A program made the translations under genes and the position numbers. A stretch of DNA of 64,000 nucleotides, from positions 1 through 64,000 of the forward strand of contig JBFMCP010000015.1 of NCBI GenBank assembly GCA_040754455.1, written 5' to 3'. This DNA comes from Nitrospirota bacterium. GTDB taxonomy: Bacteria; Nitrospirota; Thermodesulfovibrionia; Thermodesulfovibrionales; Dissulfurispiraceae. Below are positions 1 through 8,562 of this stretch, piece by piece. Every line of letters begins with the position of its first letter. Position 1 is the stretch's first letter. Below the pieces are notes generated by a model. It had not been told where the DNA came from. It made no database searches and was given only the letters and a program-made list of their open reading frames with translations.

Positions 1-125
1 GCCTGCTATCGACTCCTTGCTTTCATCTCATTGAAGATGGAACTGAGCTGGAGAACCACGAAGGTTGGAAAGGTGCGCCCCAATTTGCCCCTTTACCAAA
101 TTTACACAAAATAATTGACAGCACC
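1..125 (+). mobile_element. Right end of an IS256-family insertion sequence (transposase C-terminus plus terminal inverted repeat); continues off the left edge
   Basis: Frame +1 reads ACYRLLAFISLKMELSWRTTKVGKVRPNLPLYQIYTK* (stop 112-114), resembling IS256 transposase C-termini. Bases 100-125 read GGTGCTGTCAATTATTTTGTGTAAAT on the minus strand, the typical IS256-family IR pattern (TTTACACAAAAT..TTGACA). Confidence 0.8.
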
Positions 126-797
126 GTCGATCTCCTTCTGCCCCTCCTCGACAAGCTGTCTGAAGTGAGCGCTCTCCAGTGTAAGCTTGTCTCTCAGACG
201 AATGAAGGGCAGTTCGGCGAGAACAATGTTGGCGTCCTTCGTACTCAACATTTTCCCGTTGCACTCTATTGTTGCAGGTTCCTTCGGCTTATAAAAGAAA
301 TCAGGGTTCGACTCGAATTCCGGCGTGACCAGCACATGGTACAGTTTATCCCACGGCCTCCCGAAAAGCTGCAGGGCGGCCCCGAGATAAAAGGCCATGG
401 TCTTTCTTCCGCCTGCAAGGGAGCAGTGGAGCCGGATTGAATGATCCTGTGTCTTATCCCTGACGAAAGAAGTTATCAGGTCGCCCATAGCCTCATTTTC
501 TTCAGAGTCCCTTATATCGTCGAGGGGATTACCGGCACAATCGGCAGGTACAATAAAGGAACGGTCATTGAGCGTAATGTCTGGCAGTCCGTATTCGGCG
601 GCAAGCCGCCTCAGGATGCCTTTTACGGTAAGCGCATGCTCGACAATCTCCCTGCCTTTTCGGGTAGTAATTATATAGAGTTCGTAAGGGTAGATAGCGG
701 GATCCTGAACCGCAAGGGCATAAATAGTCTCAGTGATCACCTGCGGCGTTGATCCTGCGATGAAAACAAAGACCTCCCTACAACCTGTTTTTTTCAT
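102..797 (-). pseudogene. csm6: CARF-domain CRISPR-associated protein (NE0113/Csm6 ring-nuclease-type family), 3'-truncated by the IS at 125/126
   Basis: GSTPQVITET and LHCSLAGGRKTM CARF motifs, LYHVLV..FES and LAELPF. The last 7 aa (GAVNYFV*) are encoded by the IS inverted repeat. At 231 aa it is shorter than typical family members. Confidence 0.8.
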
Positions 798-852
798 AAT
801 GCCACTATATCATTTGTCAGAGCCCGGCATAAAGAAAAACAATATTGTCGCA

Positions 853-1833
853 CTATTGCTGTACTATCTCGTATTTTCCCAATCCAAACCCCGTCCCTTT
901 ACCCACATGAAGGATTTCTCCTGCCTTCAACAGCGGCACGAACGGCGCCATGTCGCCTTCAAAGCTGATACTGCCCACAAATCCTCCCATTTTCATCCTT
1001 GTATCCTGCCGCGCTGAGTAGCGCTCCCAGTCGTACCAGCGCAGATGGCGCTCTTTAACCTTTATCTTTTGTGCCATTTCGATAATGCCCCTGAACTCCC
1101 ATGCAGACGGATCACCGTTACAGTGGAAATAGAAGAGGAGCGCAAGCCGTCGCAAAAGGCTTCGTATCAGAATGTGGAATTCAAGATCAAGGATAAGGTG
1201 GCCGTCATAAGAGATACGTGTAGGTGTCGAGAAATTGAGCAGTACTGTTTTCGTATGTTGCCCGGTCTCGCCGAAACGGATGTCGAGGGGTGCCGGCTTG
1301 AAGGCATTGAGTGCCCTGCTGCCGGAATCGTAGATTACCTGCCCCTCATGGGTGACATCCTTCAGCACGAATTTTCCCTTCCCTCTGCCGATCCCCAGCT
1401 TTCCCATTTCGTCAAAGGCGTAGATGAAATACGGAAGATAACTGACGGCCCTGCCGATGAGGGTAAGTCCGAAGGTGATTTCATCCCCGGGCTTGTAGCC
1501 CATCCGCTTTTCCGGCGGCGGCTCGATAATGAAAGGGTGCGGTGCAGTCCTATATTTCTTCATTATTTTCGTATCTGACGGCGGCGGCGTCTCAAAAACG
1601 TAAGAATAAATGCATTTCTCTTTGAGTATGCAGTCGGAGCAGTCCTCCTTCCTGAGTGCACAGATGACGCGCTTGAAAGCGCAGCCGAAGCCGCCACGAA
1701 GGGTAGAACCTTTAAAAGAGGGGAGTATCAGGGGTTCTCTCGGAACAATGACAAACCGGAATCTGCCCACGCTCATGCGGCAGATTCCGGGATCACTATC
1801 AGGCGGAGTGTTTGACGGCATGATTTCCCCCAC
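853..1833 (-). CDS. cas6: CRISPR pre-crRNA processing endoribonuclease Cas6 (RAMP)
   Basis: GSTLRGGFG, Cys cluster (C..C..C..C-Y..VFE), PHPFII, and the C-terminal G-rich loop HVGKGTGFGLGKY. Start uncertain (ATG at 1821 or 1776). Confidence 0.92.
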   Translation of the reverse strand: MGEIMPSNTPPDSDPGICRMSVGRFRFVIVPREPLILPSFKGSTLRGGFGCAFKRVICALRKEDCSDCILKEKCIYSYVFETPPPSDTKIMKKYRTAPHPFIIEPPPEKRMGYKPGDEITFGLTLIGRAVSYLPYFIYAFDEMGKLGIGRGKGKFVLKDVTHEGQVIYDSGSRALNAFKPAPLDIRFGETGQHTKTVLLNFSTPTRISYDGHLILDLEFHILIRSLLRRLALLFYFHCNGDPSAWEFRGIIEMAQKIKVKERHLRWYDWERYSARQDTRMKMGGFVGSISFEGDMAPFVPLLKAGEILHVGKGTGFGLGKYEIVQQ

Positions 1834-1884
1834 AAAACAGCCTTAGGTACAATAGCAAGAGGAAGGGTGCTTCTGTCAAGGCAA

Positions 1885-2137
1885 CTTTGGGCTGAAGATA
1901 CGGACGAGCTGCTTACGGCACATCTCAACGCACGGAAGGTATTCGATCGCATGGAGGAGCCGCGCTATATGCCCCATCTGAGCCTTATGTACGGCGATCT
2001 GCCCATGAAGACAACGGAGGACATCATTCGGAAGGAAATGGCATATTGCCTTTGGAGTGAAGAGCCAGCATTGCTTCTCAACCGAAGGTGAGCCGAAGGA
2101 ATGGTACAAGAGAAGGGAGTTCGCCCTTAAAGGGTGA
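1885..2137 (+). pseudogene. Remnant of a 2H phosphoesterase (cyclic phosphodiesterase, CPDase-like), C-terminal half, frameshifted
   Basis: YMPHLSLMYGDL gives the second HxS motif. After a frameshift near 2029 another frame continues GRKWHIAFGVKSQHCFSTEGEPKEWYKRREFALKG* (stop 2135-2137). No N-terminal half or first HxT motif is present. Confidence 0.6.
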
Positions 2138-2141
2138 TGAA

Positions 2142-2804
2142 TTATCGTTTGACTTCCTGGTAGAGAAGATGGCGCTCGAACCATTCGGTTGCCAGGCGCG
2201 CCGCCTCTTCCAGAGCACCCGGCTCCTCGAACAGGTGTGTAGCGCCTGGAATAATGCTCAGTTGTTTTTCCGATTTGATGAGCGAGTAAGCGAGCTGGTT
2301 TAATTGAATCACCACATCATCATAGCCGCCGACAATGAGGAGGATGGGTGCTTTTATTCGTTCCAGGGCTTCTGTTGCGAGATCGGGCCTGCCGCCGCGC
2401 GAGACAATCGCCTCGATGCGGGTATCAAGATCGGCGGCTGCCTTGATCGCCGCTGCGGCTCCGGTGCTCGCACCGAAGTAGCCGATGTGGAGGTCTCTGG
2501 TGCGGGCCTGCTCTCCAAGCCAGAGTGTTGCTGTTTCAAGCCGCTGTGCAAGGAGCTCGATATCAAAGCGGTTTTCGTAGAATGCGTCCTCCGCCCTGGT
2601 AAGGAGATCGAAGAGCAGTGTGCCGATGCCGGCCCTGTTGATCTGATCGGCAACGAATTTGTTCCGTGGACTCTTTCTGCTGCTGCCGCTGCCGTGAGCA
2701 AAAACGACGATTGCCCCGGTGTCTCGGGGCAATGTTAATGATCCCTCGAGCGTTATCGAATCCGCCGGAATCGATACCGTTTCCGTATATATCTCACGTG
2801 TCAT
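2142..2804 (-). CDS. Dienelactone hydrolase-family alpha/beta hydrolase
   Basis: VFAHGSGSSR, GYFGASTG nucleophile elbow, SRGGRPDL and GATHLFEE. Start taken at MTREIY (2804), downstream of GGAGG. Confidence 0.88.
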   Translation of the reverse strand: MTREIYTETVSIPADSITLEGSLTLPRDTGAIVVFAHGSGSSRKSPRNKFVADQINRAGIGTLLFDLLTRAEDAFYENRFDIELLAQRLETATLWLGEQARTRDLHIGYFGASTGAAAAIKAAADLDTRIEAIVSRGGRPDLATEALERIKAPILLIVGGYDDVVIQLNQLAYSLIKSEKQLSIIPGATHLFEEPGALEEAARLATEWFERHLLYQEVKR

Positions 2805-2835
2805 TCTGTCCTCCCCGGCTCCAGAGCCGTTCCTT

Positions 2836-3495
2836 TTACGAGGTTTTTTTGCATGCCCCCGAGGGCTCACGCAACAGTGCCACGACTTCATCATCGCTCA
2901 CCTGTGAGAAATCCGCATAATAGCTTCCGACCGAAATGAAGTAGAGAGGAGTAGCGAGACAAATGAATTCATCAACGAGCGCTTTCAGTTCCTCGGCCGT
3001 CTCCGGCGGTGCGACAGGAAGGGCGAGTATCAGCTTTCTCACGCGCTTCTCTCTGATGGCGGCGATCGCCGCTTTTACTGTTGCACCTGTTGCGACGCCG
3101 TCATCGACAAGGATGATGTCCTTTCCCTCGAGTCCGGCAATCGCTCTCCCCCCACGGTACCGGTCTTTTCTTCTCGCAATTTCATCTTTCTGACGCTCAA
3201 CTTCGCGTTCGATGTACTCCTGCGGCACATTCAACAGTGCTATAATGTCCCTGTTCAAGACCGTGGCACCAGTCTCGGAAAGAGCGCCGATTGCCAGCTC
3301 GGGCTGTTGAGGCGCGCCCAGTTTGCGCACGATGAGCACGTCAAAAGGCGCATTGAGACGGCAGGCGACCTCATAGCCTGTCACCACACCGCCCCTGGGG
3401 AGAGCAAGCACGAGCACCCCGCTTTGATGTTTATACCGCTCCAGTTGCTCCGCCAGTCGTATCCCCGCGTCTCTCCGGTCGAGAAACATGGCCAC
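2836..3495 (-). CDS. Phosphoribosyltransferase family protein
   Basis: LALPRGGV and the ILVDDGVATGAT PRPP-binding motif. Confidence 0.9.
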   Translation of the reverse strand: MAMFLDRRDAGIRLAEQLERYKHQSGVLVLALPRGGVVTGYEVACRLNAPFDVLIVRKLGAPQQPELAIGALSETGATVLNRDIIALLNVPQEYIEREVERQKDEIARRKDRYRGGRAIAGLEGKDIILVDDGVATGATVKAAIAAIREKRVRKLILALPVAPPETAEELKALVDEFICLATPLYFISVGSYYADFSQVSDDEVVALLREPSGACKKTS

Positions 3496-3496
3496 C

Positions 3497-3901
3497 CTAC
3501 GAGTGACGTTCCGATAGTGCCTCTTCCACGGCCGGTTTGAAGAGGTCGTGGAACTCGGCAGGAAGTTCCGAGAGTATATCCTTTATCTCTCCCGGTGAAA
3601 CAGCTTCGGTAAGAACCGACAGCACTACCCTTGCGTGATGGGTGGCTGTAGGAAGATCTACTCCCTCCCGCTCGCTGACACGATTGAAGAACTCTTTCAG
3701 GTCGAAACGTCTGGTCTGTTGTGTTTCGAGGAGATAGCGACCGATCTCGGAAGGAAGCTGGGCCGCGAGGTCCTCGGCTTCGCCTCTGACGAGACGCTCA
3801 CCGAGCACTTCGAGTGTAGCCCCGATAGCTTTTACCGCTTCGTCGGTGCTGCCGAGACGGGCGCTGTTCTGAACTCTACTGACAAACGCATCGTATTTCA
3901 T
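3497..3901 (-). CDS. DUF2267 family protein
   Basis: ATLEVLGERL..GEAEDLAAQLP and ARVVLSVLTEAVSPGE..LP motifs. Confidence 0.85.
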   Translation of the reverse strand: MKYDAFVSRVQNSARLGSTDEAVKAIGATLEVLGERLVRGEAEDLAAQLPSEIGRYLLETQQTRRFDLKEFFNRVSEREGVDLPTATHHARVVLSVLTEAVSPGEIKDILSELPAEFHDLFKPAVEEALSERHS

Positions 3902-3947
3902 AGTGTGTACCCCCTTCGTGAACGCCGGTACGTCTTTCAGAGATGCG

Positions 3948-4406
3948 CTAGCGGACGATGGCCGCCATATGCTGCTCTTTGATTTCCATTATCCTGTTCG
4001 CCATGATGCTCCTCTGCTCGCTCTCGATGAGATCCTCTGCATTATCGAGGATATCGTCTTCTTCATCTTCGATGTGGTGCTCCACCTCCTCCCGCAAAAC
4101 ACTTATTTTTGCGGCCCACTGCTCTCCTTTGGGAAGTCTGCCGATCTCGGTGAGCAGCAGCCTAATGAGACGGTGCTCCTCAACCGCCTCCAGAACAATA
4201 GGATGCAGGTGTTCGTTACCGCTCAGCACCGGATAAAAGACCTCCTCTTCGCCCATCATGTGGAGCTCGAGCTCCTGTCGCAGCTGATTGAAGAGCCTGT
4301 CGTGCCTGTAATGCTTTTTGCCGCCTTTGTCTTTTATCTGATCCAGCTCGTCAAGCAGAAGCAGTGCATGTTCATGGTCCCTTTTTAATATTTCGAGAAT
4401 ATCCAT
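3948..4406 (-). CDS. Hemerythrin (HHE) domain protein
   Basis: DH...H..GEEEVFYP...EEH...HHIEDEE pattern. Start MDILEIL at 4406 with a GAGGAGG RBS. Confidence 0.85.
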   Translation of the reverse strand: MDILEILKRDHEHALLLLDELDQIKDKGGKKHYRHDRLFNQLRQELELHMMGEEEVFYPVLSGNEHLHPIVLEAVEEHRLIRLLLTEIGRLPKGEQWAAKISVLREEVEHHIEDEEDDILDNAEDLIESEQRSIMANRIMEIKEQHMAAIVR

Positions 4407-4697
4407 AGACACCTCCTCTATTCGTTCGGTACTGCCGAGATGAATCGAAAAGCGTCGCACACGATTTCAGCGGACGGATCGTAGCAAAGGGGAGGACTAC
4501 CGAGAGCATCATCGCTGCTGAAGGGGATATGAAGGTACTGCCGGAAATGTCTCCATACTTAAATTGGATCACAGCGGACAGCAAAAATCAAGTTTTTCAA
4601 CTGCACATTGGAATTGTTGCTTATTGAAGATCGATTTCTTTTCCCCTATAATGTAAAAAAGGTGTATTCGATGCGCGGATCGCAAGGAGGCAGTTCC

Positions 4698-5033
4698 ATG
4701 AAAAAGGCAGCTTCAGTGATACTCATGGTGGTCATTATCCTCACTTCCACGTTGTCGTATGCTTACGAGAGGGATAACGGCGCAGGCGCTATCATAGCGG
4801 ATACCTTGATTGTAAGGCCTATCGGCATTGTCTCCATCGCAGTGGGAACCGCGGTCTTCATTGTTGCGCTTCCCTTTGCCCTGATCAGCGGCAGTGTCGG
4901 AACGACAGCGGATGAGCTCATCGTCAAACCCGCCGAATTCACCTTCACCAGGGACCTTGGAGATTTCGACAGCACCAAGACCGGGTACTATCAGGATCAG
5001 AAGACGGGAGATCCTGCGCGGCCCGGGGAGTAG
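4698..5033 (+). CDS. Small exported/membrane protein of unknown function
   Basis: AGGAGG RBS before ATG 4698, signal peptide (..SYA), and D.LIVRP.G....GT.VF....PF and P..FTF.R.LG motifs of a conserved small-protein family. Confidence 0.7.
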   Translation: MKKAASVILMVVIILTSTLSYAYERDNGAGAIIADTLIVRPIGIVSIAVGTAVFIVALPFALISGSVGTTADELIVKPAEFTFTRDLGDFDSTKTGYYQDQKTGDPARPGE

Positions 5034-5076
5034 TGCGCGCCGTAATCCGGTGGCTATGATGCGCACCGGAAAGCAT

Positions 5077-7746
5077 TCACGGGAGCGCCTCAACCCCCTT
5101 CAGATAGGCGCTGGCCTGACCGTATACCGCCGGGCTGGTCTCCGGAGCAACGCGGTCGACGATCCGTTCAAGCGCCGCCTTCACCTTTACCCTTAGCTGC
5201 GGCTTCATGTTGCGCACCTGCTGGAAGGTATTGAGCAGGCGTCCTGTTGTTGTCGCATTAATCGGTGCCAGCTCGATAATAGTCCCGGTAATCCATTCGA
5301 TACCTTTGTCTGTCCAGATCATCTTGTTATTGGCGGCCATGGGGAGGAAGAGCGACCTGCTCCAGGTAGGTTGCGTGATATCGAACCCGGGGCGGCGCCG
5401 TTCAGCTTCGATCATATCAAAGACGTCCTCCCGCGTTCCGCTCGCAACGATACGAAGGTAGTTCGCATAGCCGCTGAGATGGGTGTGCCAGCGGCGATAG
5501 ACATCCTCAAGGACATCACGCCGCTGCGGGGCAGAACTCCTGTTCAGCGCAAGGAGCGCCGCGACACGATCATTCGCTGTCGTCGCTGCAGTGAAATGCT
5601 CCAGAATGAGCTGATGGCTTTCAGGCGTATCGTCAATGACGATCAGATCGAGGAGCACCTGTTTGAGGATACGGTCCTCTATCCCGTCCCGTGGCGATCT
5701 CCTCTTTTCAGGCGAGTAGGTGTCGAGATGTTTAAAAGCTTTCAGAAGCGGTTTCCTGTAGCGACGATTGACCGCCGTCATAAGTATTTCCCGTGCCGCA
5801 ACCAGCTCCTGATACCATGCGCTGTATGCCCTCTCCATTGGCTGCTCATCAATGCGGAGTAAATAGGCTTTCAGCGACGAGGGTATCGTTGCATCGGCAA
5901 GCAGCGTGCCATAGAGATCGAGCCAACGTTCGTCCGGAGCTGCATCGGGGTCGTTCAGGAGTTTGATCCGTTCTCTATCGGTCAATTGGCGCATGGCATC
6001 GATCCTGCAGAAGGCATTGGGATCGAAGCGGGCCTGTAGCTCCCGGGCTCTGTCATCGGCATTGGTGTGGCGAAAGGTTCCGTAGAAGGAGTAGTCCCGG
6101 TTCATTGAAGGGAATGCAGGAGGAGTCGCAATGTGCTCAAAGACAAGTTCCGCCTCTTCCTCTTTCAATTGGAACACCCTTTGCGTCCCTTCCATATCCC
6201 TTCCTTCACCATCAACCAATGCCAGCTCGATGGGCAGATGAAAAGGCGCCCGACCTGGTGGCTCCTGCCGGAAGCGGATGAGATAACGCTGCGCAGCTGC
6301 TTCATACTGCGTTGTTGCCGTCACGTTCGGGTAGCCGATCGTGTAAAGCCACTGCCGTTTGAACTGCTCGAGGGATATCCCCGACACCTCTTCAAAGCAT
6401 GCGAAAAATTGATCGGTCGTAGCATTGCCGTTATGGTAGCGGGAGAAATACAATGATTTGGCGGCATGGAACTTTTCAGGGCCGAGCACCAGGCGGAGCA
6501 TCCTGATGACCTCAGCGGCCTTTACATAGGTGACGCCGTCGATCAGTTCGTCGGGATCATTGAACCCTTCGCGGACAATTCTGCCCGCATGCCCGGCATC
6601 CTCGATCGCCAGGGGCCCGAGGAGAGGATTGCGGATTGCATCGACCTGGTAGAGTCTCATGAAGGAGGGATTGAATTGATCGGCCATGAATTGCCGCTCT
6701 ACATCAACGGTATAGGCCTCATTGAGCCAGACGTCGAAAGGGGTATCCATCGTCGTCTCGCTGCCGCACTGGTTATGTTCGAATTCATGCACGATGACGG
6801 CATGAGCATAGAGCAGCGAGAGGTCGAGCGTATGCTCTGTGATCAGCGCCGCATCGGTCACAATGGTGGTATTACCGACATTTTCCATACCGCCGAAATT
6901 CGACTTGTTCATGCAGATCGTGCGGTAGGTCTCACCGGTGTATTCATACCCCTGGGTCTTCCCGATCCAGAGGACCGCCTCTTTGAGAATCTGCATGGGA
7001 ATGCGGGCGTCCTTCACCATACCGGGAGGTACAAGATATTCGAGGCGCACCGTGCGGCCCGATGGATAGGTGACCTGGTCGACCAGGGTGTCCCATGTCC
7101 CTGCACAGGCAATAAAAAGATAGGGAGCCATGGGGACATGATTCTCATAGGTGATGATCTGCCGTGTGGGATCACCCGGTTTCGGCACCGGTTTCCCTTC
7201 AGGGTTCAGCGAACGGCTTATATTTCCGTTGCTGATGAGATGGGTATACCGCGCGTCTGCCTCGAGCGTCGTCGTCATGGTGCATTTGGCACGACAATCG
7301 TCGAAGATAGGCATGATCCGCTGAAATCCCCATTGCTGGCACTGGGACATGTACTGCTGCGGAGCGCCCGGGGGAGTCGTATCTTTGTAGATACCCTCAA
7401 GGATGTGGTCTGAAGGAACGCAGCGCGTAACCGTACGCACGTAAAAGCGCTCTCCCTTCCCGATGTTTCCGGGCAATTTTACTTTCAATTTGTTTGCGTC
7501 GCGGACATATTCATAGTCCAACGGTGATCCTTTGTCCGCGGGGCCGGCGCACCACTCAACACTCATGATCTCAAGGCTGTTTGCATCCAGCTGGATTTCA
7601 TTCAGATCATGCCGGGCACTCATCTCGAGGCAATTCATGGCTTCAACATGGTCGCTGAGGAAATTAAGGTAGATGGTCAGATGGTGGAGCGTCACCGGCA
7701 GCTCACCGAAGTCCTCACGCCGGTACTTGTAGTGTCGCTCGTTCAT
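5077..7746 (-). CDS. pepN: M1-family aminopeptidase N
   Basis: GGMEN exopeptidase motif, HEFEH...WLNEA zinc motif and a long C-terminal helical domain; 889 aa. Confidence 0.92.
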   Translation of the reverse strand: MNERHYKYRREDFGELPVTLHHLTIYLNFLSDHVEAMNCLEMSARHDLNEIQLDANSLEIMSVEWCAGPADKGSPLDYEYVRDANKLKVKLPGNIGKGERFYVRTVTRCVPSDHILEGIYKDTTPPGAPQQYMSQCQQWGFQRIMPIFDDCRAKCTMTTTLEADARYTHLISNGNISRSLNPEGKPVPKPGDPTRQIITYENHVPMAPYLFIACAGTWDTLVDQVTYPSGRTVRLEYLVPPGMVKDARIPMQILKEAVLWIGKTQGYEYTGETYRTICMNKSNFGGMENVGNTTIVTDAALITEHTLDLSLLYAHAVIVHEFEHNQCGSETTMDTPFDVWLNEAYTVDVERQFMADQFNPSFMRLYQVDAIRNPLLGPLAIEDAGHAGRIVREGFNDPDELIDGVTYVKAAEVIRMLRLVLGPEKFHAAKSLYFSRYHNGNATTDQFFACFEEVSGISLEQFKRQWLYTIGYPNVTATTQYEAAAQRYLIRFRQEPPGRAPFHLPIELALVDGEGRDMEGTQRVFQLKEEEAELVFEHIATPPAFPSMNRDYSFYGTFRHTNADDRARELQARFDPNAFCRIDAMRQLTDRERIKLLNDPDAAPDERWLDLYGTLLADATIPSSLKAYLLRIDEQPMERAYSAWYQELVAAREILMTAVNRRYRKPLLKAFKHLDTYSPEKRRSPRDGIEDRILKQVLLDLIVIDDTPESHQLILEHFTAATTANDRVAALLALNRSSAPQRRDVLEDVYRRWHTHLSGYANYLRIVASGTREDVFDMIEAERRRPGFDITQPTWSRSLFLPMAANNKMIWTDKGIEWITGTIIELAPINATTTGRLLNTFQQVRNMKPQLRVKVKAALERIVDRVAPETSPAVYGQASAYLKGVEALP

Positions 7747-7918
7747 GGGGGCGTGCTCCTTTCAGGTATAAGAAGTTGAGATCAGCTGTGTACGGCATCG
7801 GTTTATCGTACTTAATTGTACTATAACTCAGCATAAATGTAACGATCTCTCTTCTCTTGGAAATAACACTGGATAAAAAGGCATTCCACATTTTAAAATA
7901 CTACGAAAGAATTTCATT

Positions 7919-8560
7919 ATGAAAAGCAAGAAAACCCCACAGCGCTCCCATTTCCCCACTGATGAAGCAACGTTCTCCTGGCTCTCCCCCCTGCTCGATG
8001 CCTATGCAGTGATTGATGAAGGGATCGCCGCTGCAGTGAAAGCAGCGGAGAAACAACGCGGAGCAAAGCTTGCTTGTGCCAAAGGGTGCACCAATTGCTG
8101 CTGCAACCTCAAAGATATTCCTGTATACCCTCTTGAGCTGGTAGGCATCTACTGGTTCTCTGTCGAAAAGATCTCTCAGCCTGTGCGGGGCGCACTCAAA
8201 AAAAGACTCCTGAATCATGCCCGCTGGGCACCCTGCCCCTTTCTGATAGACGACTCCTGCTCGATCTACCCCCTTCGTCCGGCTGCATGCAGGCAATTCA
8301 ATGTCTTCACCACTCCCTGCACCGAGGGTGAAGACCCCTATTATACGAGGAGGGATGACGTGCTGACGCCGATACCGGAGTACGTCGACCGGGCTTTTTC
8401 AATCATGCTTCCCTTTTATGGTGTGACCGACAAGGCGGCACAAGAAAGAGTCATCAAGGGCAAGCTCCTGCATACCCAGGCACGGGTGCTGCAGGCATGC
8501 AGCTGGAACGAGCTTGCCGGCAGAATGGACGACTTCGATCTCAGGAACAGCAGGGGGTAA
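7919..8560 (+). CDS. YkgJ-family cysteine-cluster protein
   Basis: CAKGCTNCC ... CPFL..CSIYPLRP.ACR. Confidence 0.88.
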   Translation: MKSKKTPQRSHFPTDEATFSWLSPLLDAYAVIDEGIAAAVKAAEKQRGAKLACAKGCTNCCCNLKDIPVYPLELVGIYWFSVEKISQPVRGALKKRLLNHARWAPCPFLIDDSCSIYPLRPAACRQFNVFTTPCTEGEDPYYTRRDDVLTPIPEYVDRAFSIMLPFYGVTDKAAQERVIKGKLLHTQARVLQACSWNELAGRMDDFDLRNSRG

Positions 8561-8562
8561 AA

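Noticed and set aside
1849..1879. Possible sigma70 promoter for cas6 (TTGACA-N19-TATTGT, minus strand)
   Set aside because: The 19-nt spacer is atypical, so it cannot be supported without TSS data.
1..2200. CRISPR array near cas6
   Set aside because: No 25-40 bp direct repeats with unique spacers are visible here or elsewhere in the window.
4440..4560. Glycine-riboswitch-like words (GGGGAGGAC...GCTGAAGGGG)
   Set aside because: It lacks the CTCTCAGG core and convincing pairing, and no relevant downstream gene is present.
6466..7413. 315-aa plus-strand ORF, and similar long antisense ORFs at 12663-13496, 31362-32279, 35123-35950, 46281-47168 and 62621-63445
   Set aside because: These are shadow frames fully antisense to well-supported genes, with no recognisable motifs; they are expected from codon bias.
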